Assembly (NCBI GenBank): GCA_030390025.1
Contig: JASTWF010000355.1
Coordinates: 310,001-374,000 of the forward strand
Reading direction: 5' to 3'
Length of the DNA: 64,000 nucleotides
Source of the DNA: Squalus acanthias
Lineage: Eukaryota
Shown here: one piece after another, positions 42,066 to 53,940 of the stretch
Position numbering within the stretch: position 1 is the stretch's first letter
How the letters are laid out: every line of letters begins with the position of its first letter
Notes under the pieces: model-generated
Database searches by the model: none
What the model was told of the DNA's origin: nothing
What the model saw: the letters and a program-made list of their open reading frames with translations, nothing else
Made by a program: the position numbers and the translations under genes

Positions 42066-45000
42066 CGTCGATTGGAAATTACTTCCCTTCCCAGTCTGTC
42101 CATCATCCAATGCATACAATATCATAGATAACGTGCCCAAGGTCTGCTAAAATATTAGTGAGCTTCTGACCATTCACAGTCTGCCCCTCTTCCACAGAAA
42201 GCCAATGTCCTATTTCCCATTTCTGAAGAACGTAAACACCACTGACTGTGTGAATGATTGGTCCACTAGAAGTCTACTGTCTTATAACCTGGATCATGTG
42301 TGGATTTGTAATGAACATAAGAACATAAGAAATAAGAGCAGGAGGAGGCCATTTGGCCCTTCGAACCTGCTCGACCATTCAATGAGATCATGGTTGTTCT
42401 TCTACCTCATCTCCACTTTCTAGCACTTGCCCCTTATTCCTTGATTCCTTAATATTCAAAAATCTAACAATCTATGTCTTGAAAATACTCAACGACTGAG
42501 CCTCCACAGCCCCCTGGGATAGAGAATTCCAAAGATTCATATCCCTCTGAGTGAACAAATGTCTCCTCATCTCAGTCCTAAATGGTCGCCTCTTATTCTG
42601 AGACTGTGACACCTGGTTCTAGACTCCCCAGCCAGGAGAAACAACGTCCCTGCATCTACCCTATCAAGCCCTGTAAGAATTGTGTATGTTTCAATGAGAT
42701 CACCTCTCACTCTTCTGAACTCTAGAGAAGATAGGCCAAGTCTGCTCAATCTCTCCTCATCGAACAGTCCCCCATCCCACGAACCAGGCTGGAGAACCTT
42801 TTCTGCACTCTCTCTATGGCAAGTATATCTTTCCTTTGGTAAGGAGACCAAAACTGTACACAGTACTCCAGCTGTGGTCTCACCATGGCCCTATATAACT
42901 GCGGTAAGATGTATTTACTCTTGTACTTAAATCCTCTTCTAATAAATGTTAACATACCATTTGCTTTCCTCATTGCTTGCTGTACCTGCATGTTAACTTT
43001 GTGATTCGTGTACAAGGACACCCAGGTCCCTCTGAACACCAACATTTCCCAATCACTCATCATTTAAAAAAAATTGTGCTTTTCTATTTTTCCAACCAAA
43101 GTGGACAAATTCACATTTCTACACATTATATTCCATGTGCCATGTTCTTGCCCACGCACTTAGCCTGTCAAAATCCCCTTGAAGTCTTTTTGCAACCTCC
43201 TCATAACTTACATTCCCACCCAGCATTGAATCATCATCAAACTTAGATATATTACTCTGCCTCTGTTTTTTCTACCAAAGTGGATAACTTCACATTTATC
43301 CGCATTATATTCCATCTGCCATTTTCTCGCCCATTCACTGAGCCTGTCGAGATCCCCTTGAAGCCTCTTCACTTTCTCTTCACATTTGATACTGCCACCT
43401 AGTTTTGTTTCATCAACAAATTTGGAAATGTCCCCTCATCCAAATCATTGAACTAGATTGTGAATAGCTAAGGCCCAAGCCCTAATTCTTGCGGTTACCC
43501 ACTAGTTACAGCCTGCCAACCCGAAAATGACCCATTTATTCCTACACTCTTCTGTCTGTTAACCAAACCTCAATCCATGCTAGTATATTACCACCCCCCC
43601 CCCATCCCATGAGTCCTAATTTTGTTTAATAACCTCTTGTGTGGCACCTTATCGAATGCCATCTGAAAATCCAAATACACCACATCCACTGGTTCCCCTT
43701 TATCTATTCTGATAGTTACAACCTCAAAAATCACTAACAGATTCGTCAAACACGATTTCCCTTTCATAAATCCATGTTGACTCTGCCCAATCCTATTATT
43801 ATTTTCGAAGTGGCATGTTACCACTTTCTTAATAATAGATTCTATCATTTTCCCTACGACTGATTTCAGGCTAACCAGTCTGTAGTTCCCTATTTTCTCT
43901 CTGCCTCCTTTCTTCAATAATTAGGTTACATTTGCTACCTTGCAATCCGCGGGAAACATTCTAGAATCGATGGAATTTTGGAAAATGGCATCCAGTGCAT
44001 CCACTATCTCTAAAGCCACCTCTTTCAAAACCCTAGGATGTAGGCCAGCAGGTGCAGGGGATTTATTGGCTTTCAGTCCCATTCATTTCTCCAGTACTTT
44101 TTTTTACTAATACTAATTTCTTTCAGTTCCTCATTCTCGCTGGTCCCTTGGTTTTTCCACTTCTTCCGGGAAGTTTTTTGCATTTTTCTTCCATGAAGAG
44201 AGACACAAAGTATGTGTTTAATATTCTGCCATTTCCTTATTCCCCATTATAATTTCTCTTGTCTGAGCCTGTAAAGGACCCAAATTTACTTTCGCAAATC
44301 TTTTCCTTTTTACATAACTATAGCAGATTTTACAGTCTGTTTTTATGTCTCTCGCTAGTTTACTCTCATTCTATTTTCCCTTTCGTTCTCAGTTTCTGGT
44401 CCTCCTTTGCTGAATTCTAAAATACTCACAAACCTCAGACTTACTACTCTTTTTGGCAACAATATAAGCATCTTCCTTTGATCTAATACTATCTTTAACG
44501 TCTCTTGCTAGCCACGGTAGAAAGACTTTACCTCTGGGGTTTTTGTGCCTTAAAGGAATGTATATTTGTTGTAAATTATGTATTAATTATTTAAATGCTA
44601 ACCATTGTTTGTCTGCTGTCATAGCTTTTAATGCAGTTTCCCAATCTACCTCAGCCAACTCGTCCCTCATAAATACATAGTTTGCTTTGTTTAGATTTAA
44701 GCCACTAGTTTCAGATTTAACTAAATCACTTTTAAACGAAACATAAATTTCTATCAGATTATGGTCACTCTTCCCAAAAGGCCCCTTTACTACAGGGTTA
44801 TTAATTGATCCTTCCTTCTTGCACAATACTGGATCTAAAATAGCCTGTTCCCTAGTTGGTTCCTCAACATACTGATCGACAAACCTAACTTGCATACATT
44901 CCATGAATTCGTCGTCCACAGTATTACTGCAAATTTGGTTTGCTCAGTCTATATGTAGATTAAAGTCCCCCATGATTATTGTATTACCCTTGTTATGTTC

Positions 45001-45187
45001 GCCTCTAATTTTCTGATGTATACTCTGCCCTACGTTACAACTACTGTTTGGGAGCCGATCCACAACTCCCACCAATGTTTTCAGCCCCTTGCTGTTTCTT
45101 AGCTCCATCCAAACTGTCTCTACTTCTTGATTTTCAGAGTGAGAAGTCGCACAACACCAGGTTATAGTCCAACAGTTTTATTTGAAA

Positions 45188-45225
45188 TCACTAGCTTTCG
45201 GAGCTGCTGCTCCTTCGTCAGGTGA
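45188..45225 (-). ncRNA. Minimal hammerhead ribozyme motif (PLE family A)
   Basis: Reverse complement reads TCAC-CTGACGA-A-GGAGC(agca)GCTCC-GAA-AGCT-A-GTGA. Confidence 0.78.
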
Positions 45226-47005
45226 AGTGAAGGATTACAAATCGGCACAGCATATATTGACAGAGAACAATGCCTGTGCAGCGTACAATGTCAGACGACT
45301 ACAGTTAATCTTTCTGACTGCCTTTTATCACACCTCGGCAGAGAGACAATCAGGTCAGTCAGGAAGACATTATATCAAAGACATAGCAAAATACAACGAA
45401 GACAATGAGGTGGGGTCACAGGGGGTCCAATGTGTCAAATGCTGCAGTCTGTATGGAAAAACATAAACTTTAAACTTTTTACTTTTTTTTACTGGAAATC
45501 TCATCAGAGAACAAGCCAACGACGACTCGAGTCTGGATGATTCTACGTCAGGTGGGGTTACATGTAGCGTGACATGAACCCAAGATCCCAGTTGAGGCCG
45601 TCCTCATGGGTGCGGAACTTGGCTATCAGTTTCTGCTCGATGATTTTGCGTTGTCGTGTGTCTCGAAGGCCGCCTTGGAGAACGCTTACCCGAAGATCCG
45701 AGGCTGAATGTCCTTGACTGCTGAAGTGTTCCCCGACTGGGAGGTCACAATCCTGCCTGGCGATTGTTGCGCGGTGTCCGTTCATACGTTGTCGCAGTGT
45801 CTGCATGGTCTTGCCGATGTACCATGCTCCGGGGCATCCTTTCCTGCAACATATGAGGTAGACAATGTTGGCCGAGTCACATGAATATGTACCATGTACC
45901 TGGTGGGTAGTGTCCTCACGTGTGATGATGGTATCTGTGTTGATGATCTGCCATGTCCTGCAGAGGTTGCCGTGGTAGGGTTGTGTGGTGTCGTGGTCGC
46001 TGTTCTCCTGAAAGCTCGGTAAGTTGCTGCGCACGATGGTCTGTTTGAGGTTAGGCGATGTTTGAAGGCGACTAGTGGAGGCGTGGGGATGGCCTTAGCG
46101 AGGTGTTCGTCGTCATGACGACGAACACCTCGGTAAGGCCATCCCCACGCTTCCACTACTCACCTTCAAACAGCCGCCTAACCTCAAAAGTACCATCGTT
46201 CGCAGCAACTTACCGAGCTTTCAGGAGAACAGCGACCACGACTCCACACAACCCTGCCACGGCAACCTCTGCGAGACATTGCAGATCATCAACAAAGATA
46301 CCATCATCACACGTGAGGACACTACCCACCAGGTACATGGTACATACTCATGTGACTCGGCCAACGTTGTAACCTCATACGTTGCAGGAAAGGATGCCCC
46401 GGAGCATGGTACATCGGCAAGACCATGCAGACACTGCGACAACGTATGAACGGACACCGCACAACAATCGCCAGGCAGGATTGTGACCTCCCAGTCGGGG
46501 AACACTTCAGCAGTCAAGGACATTCAGCCTCGGATCTTCGGGTAAGCGTTCTCCAAGGCGGCCTTCGAGACACACGACAACGCAAAATCATCGAGCACAA
46601 ACTGATAGCCAAGTTCCACACCCATGAGGACGGCCTCAACCGGGATCTTGGGTTCATGTCACGCTACATGTAACCCCACCTGACGTAGAGTCATCCAGAC
46701 TCGAGTCGTCGTTGGCTTGTTCACAGATGGGATTTCCAGAAAAAAAAAGTAAAAAGTTTAAAGTTTATGGTTTTCCATACAGACTGCAGCATCTGACACA
46801 TTAGACCCCCTGTGACCCCAACTCATTGTCTTAGATGTATTTTGCTATGTCTTTCATATAATGTCTTCCTGACTGACCTGATTGTCTCTCTGCCGAGGTG
46901 TGATAAAAGGCAGTCAGAAAGATTAACTGCAGTCGTCTGACATTGTACGCTGCACAGGCATTGTTTTCTGTCTATATATGCTTTGCCGATTTGTAATCCT
47001 TCACT

Positions 47006-47042
47006 TCACCTGACGAAGGAGCAACGCTCCGAAAGCTTGTGA
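47006..47042 (+). ncRNA. Minimal hammerhead ribozyme motif (PLE family A)
   Basis: TCAC-CTGACGA-A-GGAGC(aac)GCTCC-GAA-AGCT-T-GTGA. Confidence 0.78.
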
Positions 47043-48258
47043 TTTCAAATAAAACTGTTGGACTATAACCTGGTGTTGGACGACTTCTCACTTTTGTCCA
47101 CCCCAGTCCAACACCGGCATCTCCGCCTCATGATTTTCAGAGATAAGAATCCTCTCTCTACTGTCTTTATCCCATCCTTTATTATCAGGGCTAAACCTCC
47201 TCCTATTCCATTTTGCTTAACTCTTCTAAAAGTTAATTATCCTGCAGTACTTAGGACCCGACCTTGGCCACTTTTCAACCACGTCTCCGTTATGACTATT
47301 CGAACAAACCTGTTAATTTCTGTCTGCAGTATTAATTCAACTATTTTGTTGTGAATGCTTAACGCTTTCAGATATAGTGCCTTTAGCTTTGACCTATTTC
47401 TATTTTCCCTGATGTTACCTCAGTCACTGATGCCTTATTCTTATTCTCTCTGACCCATCCTGACGCACTCTGCATATTTTTACCCAAAACTCTACTCTGT
47501 TCTAGAGCCTTAACATTTCTCTCTCTGCTTTTAAATTTACTCTTTACTGAAGCCTCCCACACCCACCCATTCATTGTTTTAAAGCCCTATCTACTGCCCC
47601 AGTTATTCGGTTCGCCAGGGCACTGGTCCCAGACCCATGGAGCCCGTCCTAAAGGAAGAAATCCCTCTTTCCCCAGTACTGGTGCCAGTGCCCCATGAAT
47701 TGAAAGCACTTCCTCCCTCGCCACTCTTTGAGCCATGCAGTTCAACCTCTATTTTGTTTGTCCCTATGCCAATTTGCGCGGGGCTCAGGTACCAATCCAA
47801 AGATTATTGCCATTGAGGTTCTGTTTTTTAAGTTGGATCCTAGCTTCTCAAGCTCCGTCCGCAGAACCTCTTTCCTAGTTATACATGTCTTTGGTTCCTA
47901 CGTGGACCACGACAACTGGATCCTCCCCTCCCACTCCAAGTTCTTCTCCAGCCTCGAGGAGATGTCAGTAGTAAAGGGCAGGCCGGAAAGTATAAGCCAT
48001 CAGAGGTAAAAGTCATATCATGGAAACCTGCATGTTCATTGAATATTAGAATCAAGTGTGGATTTGAAACTTTTCTCGGCCATTGTTCACTTTAAAACGA
48101 GGTTTCCATTAACTGAGTTTTAATTTTAACACCGACTTCTATTGAAGCTGTGAATTAAACCTTGCAACATTTTACTGAATAATAAAATGTTATTGAGAAG
48201 CTGTCTTTATGTCAATATAATGAATATTGAGACCACTTTCTGTCTGTTCTAAATGAAG

Positions 48259-49996
48259 ATGTTCAACAGAAACACAAGGACACACTCCGGGTACAAACTG
48301 AAACACTGAGAGTGAACACCATCCTAATAAAGGAGAAGGTTAAGGTTTTCCAGCTGGTTGATCGATACGCTGGGCTAACGGTCATTTCTACTGTTCGAGA
48401 TCGAACATTTGTAGAACATGAACTGCTGGCAAGAGGACGAGACCATGAAGAGTGCAGAGAGAAACATCTCCGGAGAGAGCTGGAAAAAATCCGATCTGAT
48501 CAATTGTTCAACAGCAGCTTTTCCCGGAGAAAATCCAAATCTGGGAGCTCAGGAGCAGTGAGTGGAGTGCCGGGGATTGGAAAAACAACAATGGTACAAA
48601 AAATTGTTCATGACTGGGCCACTGGGAAAATATACCCAAACTTTCAATTTGTTTTCAGTTTTAAATTCCGGGATTTGAACGCACTTAACTGTAGAATAAA
48701 CCTGAGGAATCTGATACTGGATCTCTATCCTTACTTTGGGAATATTCTGGGAGAGATCTGGAAGAACCCAGAAAGATTGTTGTTTATATTCGATGGTTTG
48801 GATGAATTCAATGACAGGATTGATTTTGCTGACAATCGGAGAAATACAGAACCTCAGCACATGTGCACAGATCCTGAAGACTGGTGTGAAGTGTCTGACA
48901 TTGTGTACAGTTTAATGCAGCACAAGCTGCTCCCAGGATGTTCAGTGCTAGTGACCAGCCGCCCCACTGCATTACATTTATTGGAAAAGGCTGAGATCAG
49001 TGTCTGGGCTGAAATCCTGGGATTTGTTGGTGAAGAACGGAAGGAATATTTCAACAGGTTTTTTGAAGATCAGGCGGTGGCAGCAGCTGTTTTCAAACAC
49101 GTGGAGGAGAACGAGATCCTGTACACCATGTGCTACAACCCTTCCTACTGCTGGATCCTCGGTCTCTCACTGGGCCCCTTCTTTACACAAAGAGACAGGA
49201 ATCAGCAGCGAGTTCCCAAGACCATCACCCAACTATATTCCTACTATATTTACAACATTCTGAAAAACCATGGCCGAGAGATTGAAAGCCCCCGTGATGT
49301 GTTACTGAAGCTTGGTGAGATGGCCTTCACAGGAGTCTCCAAGAAGAAGATTGTGTTTGGAAATGGAGATTTGATCAAGTACAATCTGCAACCTTCCCAG
49401 TTCCTGTCTGGGTTCATGATGGAGCTTTTGGAGAGAGATGAATCATCCCAGAGTGTGGTGTACACATTCCCGCACCTCACCATCCAAGAGTTTGTAGCCG
49501 CACTCGCACAATTCCTGAGCCCTGATCCCAGGGACATCCTGAACCTCCTCAGAGAATCCCACAGCAAGGAAGATGGGCGATTTGAGATATTTCTCCGTTT
49601 TGTTGCTGGTCTCTCCTCCCCACAGGCAGCTCGGCCCCTGGAGGAGTTTCTGGGTCCATTTCTTCATCAAAGCACCTGCCGAGTGATTGACTGGGTGATG
49701 GAGAAGGTTGAAGGACAGATTGGGAACACAGGGAATGAAACTGGGAAAAGGAACCTCCTGAACACATTCCATTACCTGTTTGAGTCTCAGAATAAAGCAC
49801 TGGCTCGGAAAACAGTGGGTTCTGTGGAATCACTTACATTTAATAAATTGACATTGACCCCGATTGACTGTGCGGTCCTGTCTCACGTCATTGGACTCTG
49901 TGATACAATAAAAGAACTCGATCTAAACAGCTGCAACATTCAGTGTGAGGTATTCCAGCGGCTGGGACCCGTACTGCACAAATGCCGGGAGTTGAG
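48259..49996 (+). CDS. NLR coding exon 5: FISNA-like region, NACHT NTPase, winged helix/HD2 and first LRR
   Basis: Open 1738 nt; Walker A GVPGIGKTT, Walker B LLFIFDGLDE, VLVTSRP, FPHLTIQEFVAA, FLRFVAGL; acceptor ..AAATGAAG, donor AG|GTAACT. Confidence 0.96.
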
Positions 49997-50877
49997 GTAA
50001 CTGTTTATTTGTCTCTAACTGTTGGGCGAATTGTAGAACAGTCAGGGATTGTGTTGTTGCTCCTTAATGTAGGGAAACAAACTGTTCAGTTAAACCAGAG
50101 AGAAGCAGATTCAACACAAATATGACCAATAATAAGAGGCTCGGTTAGTAATTCCCTCAGGACTGGAGAATCTAAAATGGATCCTTGTGAACAAGTAGGG
50201 ATTTTACAGTCTTTATCAGATCAGCAAATACAGGTCATCGAGAGTCTGATAATTTAATTACAATAAATCATATTTAATAAAGCTGGACAGCGGAAAGTAA
50301 ACATAAAATATAATCCGGCAGTAAAGATAAAATTAATTTAAAATATTTTCCACATCCACCATTTCAACTGGGAACAGGAGAGAAACTCAAGTTTAAATCA
50401 CTAACAGTTCGATATTTACACCAATACTGTGCAGGGTTTGTCCTGTCGAGGGGGTAGTTTCCAGGATTGGGATTATTGGGGAATCGGGATTTCGTTCAGC
50501 TGTAAATGTTTACAATTATTCACAGTCCTGAACATTGAGTAAAGATTGATATTCAGGTTCTTAAACCTGCCGTTGAAAAAGGTTCCAATCTAACCGGAGT
50601 ACAGACACACACCGGCCAGCGGTGGGGCCTCGCACACAGCGGGCGGCTCCTGGGTAAACCGGGGGCAGTGAACCCGGGCATTCCCCATAATCCGCCCCCT
50701 GTGTGTGAGGCCCCGCTCGGGGAGGGAAGTTCCGAAAATTCCCCAAAACCTGTGGGGCCAGTTACACCTGAAATAAATGTAGAGCCAGTTTAATGGGAAT
50801 AAAGTGAGAGACTCCCCTCCCCTATAAACTAGGAGCACAGGGACATTTGAAACTTGCAACGGTACAGAATAAACTCT

Positions 50878-52185
50878 ATTGCTGCTATTGACAAACATTC
50901 ACTAATAGCCCTCTGACTCCTTCAGCTACCTGGAATACACTTCCTCCCACCTCGCTTCCTGTAAGGACGCTGCTCCATTCTCCCAATTTTTCTGTCTCTG
51001 CTGCATCTGCTCTGACGATGACACGTTCCATACCAGTGCTTCAGACATGTCTTCCTTTTTCCTCAACCGAGGATTCCCCTCTACCGTGGTGACACCGCTC
51101 TTGACCGTGTCCGTTCTATTTCCCGCACTTCTGCCCTCACCCCTTCCCCACCCTCCCGGAACCACGATAGCGTTCCCCTTGTCCTCACCTTTCACCCCAG
51201 CAGCCTTCACATTCAACGGATCATCCTCCGCCATTTCCGCCACCTCCAGCGTGATCCCACCACCAAACACATCTTCCCCTTCCCTTCCCTTTCAGCATTC
51301 CGCAGGGCCCGCTCCTCTGCGAAACCCTGGTCCACTCCTCAATCACCACCAACACCCCTTCCCCTTCCCACGGCACCTTCCCGTGCAAGAGCAGGATATG
51401 CTACACCTGTCCTTTTACCACTTCCCTTCCCACTGTCGCCCCAAACACTCCTTCCAGGTGAAAGAGCGATTTACTTGTACTTCTTGCAATTTAGTATACT
51501 GTATTCGCTGCTCACGATGCGGTCTCCTCTACATTGGGGAGACCAAACGCAGATTGGGTGACGGCTTTGTGGAACATCTCCGTTCAGTCCGTAAGTGTGA
51601 CCCCGAGCTTCTGTTTGCCTATTGCTTTAATTCTCTGCTCCACTCCCACTCTGATCTCTCAATTCTCGGCCTCTTTCACTCTTCCATCAAAGTACAACAT
51701 AAGATCGAGGAACAGCACCTCATCTTTCAATTAGGAACTTTACAGCCTTCTGGACTCAACATCGAGTTCAACAATTTCAGACTATAAACTCGGCCACTAT
51801 TTTATTTTTTTCATTTTTTTTTTCCTTTTCCCTCTTTTTTCTCTCGCATGACAGCTGTTGATGATTCTGCCATTGCCATTCACACCTCATCTAGATTCAT
51901 CTTTTGATTTTTAACTTGTCCCATTACCATCACCTTTTTCTTGCACCATCATCCCTTTTGTCTTTTAATCTCTCCTGTCTTCCATCCTCTCACAGACCTT
52001 CCCTTTTGTTCTTTCCTCCGCTTCCCCCACCTTTCCCGGCCCCGACACTTCCTTAAAAATCTGTTACATCTGTAACTTTTTCCAGTTCTGACGAAGGGTC
52101 CTCGACCTGAAACATTAAATCTGTTTCTCTCTCTCTAGATGCTGCCTGACCTGCTGGGGATTTCCAGCATTTCCTGTTTTTATTG
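50878..52185 (+). mobile_element. PLE family B, 5'-truncated (RT thumb, Cys linker, GIY-YIG, 3' UTR with degenerate hammerhead at 52084-52120)
   Basis: SYLEYTSSH remnant; GTFPCKSRICYTC; NLVYCIRCSRCGLLYIGETKRRLGD..EH..GLNIEF; possible imperfect TSD 50865-50877 / 52186-52198. Confidence 0.9.
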
Positions 52186-52484
52186 CAGCATAAATTCTCC
52201 GTGTTATATGAAATCCTGGGGGAGTGATTTTACAGCAGCAGTTAGCGTTTCACAGTATAACTCACCCCGAGTTATTATACAGATTAATATAATGCACAGA
52301 GTATAAAGTACAGGGACTCACCGCTTTATCATTTAATTCTGGGAAAATCGCCCCATTCCCAGAAACTGCGGGAATTAAGGAGCAGCAAAAATGAGACAAG
52401 TTTCTCCAAACACGAGGCCGGTCACTGAGCTCCAGGAGGGTAATTCTGATCATCAGGAAATGAGACCGGACTGAGGGGAGACTC

Positions 52485-52645
52485 GACCCGCCCCACCCGA
52501 CCCGACCCGACCGGACCCCGACCCGGCCCGACCCCGGCCCCACCCGACCCGACTCCGACCCCACCCGACCCGACTCCGACCCCACCCGACCTGCCTCCGG
52601 CCCCACCAGACTCGCCACCGACACCGGCCCCACCCGACCCGCCCA
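52485..52645. repeat. GC-rich low-complexity (CCGAC/CCCGA)n tract
   Basis: CCCGACCCGACCCGACCGGACCCCGACC.. Confidence 0.8.
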
Positions 52646-52778
52646 GGGGGGAAATCGCGGGGGGAAACCGGGTTATTAATGCCCTGAAGTATTTTCAGTG
52701 ATTGTTGTAATATCCGAGAGAGAAAAATATGTCAGATCCGGGCTTTGATTCAGTTTGTTTCTCTCTGTTTGTGTTTAG

Positions 52779-52865
52779 ACTGAATCACAATAATCTGGGA
52801 GATTCAGGAGTGAAAGTAGTGTCTGCGGCTCTGAGGAACCCGGACTGTAAAATTCAGAAACTGGA
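52779..52865 (+). CDS. NLR coding exon 6 (LRR, 87 nt)
   Basis: TGTTTAG acceptor; [34 protein letters not shown] donor; phase 2-2. Confidence 0.93.
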
Positions 52866-53006
52866 GTAAGTACCAGACTGTGTGAGATTGTGTTTATTAT
52901 AACTAGATGTCTGACACTGAACATTATTATTAGTATCAGTAATAGTGTTATTAATAAACTCTGGGGATTGACACTGATTCCTGTTATTTCTCTCTCTGAT
53001 CCCCAG

Positions 53007-53177
53007 TCTACTGGCTGTCGGTCTCACAGGTTCTTGTGCCGGGGATCTCGCCTCCGCTTTCAGTACAATCCGCTCACTGACGGATCTGGACCTCAGTAAT
53101 AATAAACTGGGAGATTCAGGAGTGAAACTAGTGTCTGCGGCTCTGAGGAACCCGGACTGTAAAATACAGACACTGGG
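53007..53177 (+). CDS. NLR coding exon 7 (LRR, 171 nt)
   Basis: [68 protein letters not shown]. Confidence 0.94.
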
Positions 53178-53316
53178 GTAAGTACCAGACTGTGAGATTG
53201 TGTTTATAATAACTGTATGTCTGACACTGAACATTATTATTAGTATCAGTAATAGTGTTATTAATAAACTCTGGGGATTGACTCTGATTCCTGTTATTTC
53301 TCTCTCTGATCCCCAG

Positions 53317-53487
53317 TCTACGGTCTGTCGGTCTCACAGTTTCTTGTGCCGAGTATCTCGCCTCCGCTCTCAGTACAAACCGCTCACTGACGGATCTGGA
53401 CCTGGGTTATAATAAACTGGGAGATTCAGGAGTGAAACTAGTGTCTGCGGCTCTGAGGAACCCGGACTGTAAAATACAGAAACTGCA
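53317..53487 (+). CDS. NLR coding exon 8 (LRR, 171 nt)
   Basis: [56 protein letters not shown]. Confidence 0.94.
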
Positions 53488-53628
53488 GTAAGTACCAGAC
53501 TATGTTAGATTGTGTTTATAATAACTGGATGTCTGACACTAAACATTATTATTAGTATCAGTAATAGTGTTAATAATAAACTCTGGGGATTGACTCTGAT
53601 TTCTGTTATTTCTCTCTCTGATCCCCAG

Positions 53629-53799
53629 GCTGGGTGATGTCGGTCTCACAGATTCTTGTGCCGAGGATCTCGCCTCCGCTCTCAGTACAAACCGCTCACT
53701 GACGGTTCTGAACCTGAGCCACAATAAACTGGGAGATTCAGGAGTGAAACTAGTGTCTGCGGCTCTGAGGAACCCGGACTGTAAAATACAGAAACTGGG
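53629..53799 (+). CDS. NLR coding exon 9 (LRR, 171 nt)
   Basis: [56 protein letters not shown]. Confidence 0.94.
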
Positions 53800-53940
53800 G
53801 TAAGTACCAGACTGTTTGAGATTGTGTTTATAATAACTGGATGTCTGACACTGAACATTATTATTAGTATCAGTAATAGTGTTATTAATAAACTCTGGGG
53901 ATTGACTCTGATTCCTGTTATTTCTCTCTCTGATCCCCAG

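Larger units (their letters stand above)
45140..47130. mobile_element. PLE family A fold-back insertion: two inverted GIY-YIG/3' halves, no spacer, 12-bp TSD
   Basis: Centre GTGTTCGTCGTCA|TGACGACGAACAC at 46115/46116; TGATTTTCAGAG at 45128-45139 and 47131-47142; GIY-YIG ORFs 45558-46034(-) and 46425-46673(+). Confidence 0.95.
42315..47970 (-). mobile_element. CR1 LINE (3' tail to ORF1 end) interrupted by the PLE palindrome
   Basis: RT and APE ORF fragments; APE sequence resumes at 47131 after the insert. Confidence 0.88.

Noticed and set aside
19275..47970. Intact autonomous LINE or PLE
   Set aside because: All copies show frameshifts, stops, deletions or 5' truncation
48549..49833. Antisense and alternative-frame ORFs over the NACHT exon
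   Set aside because: Shadow ORFs of a real coding exon
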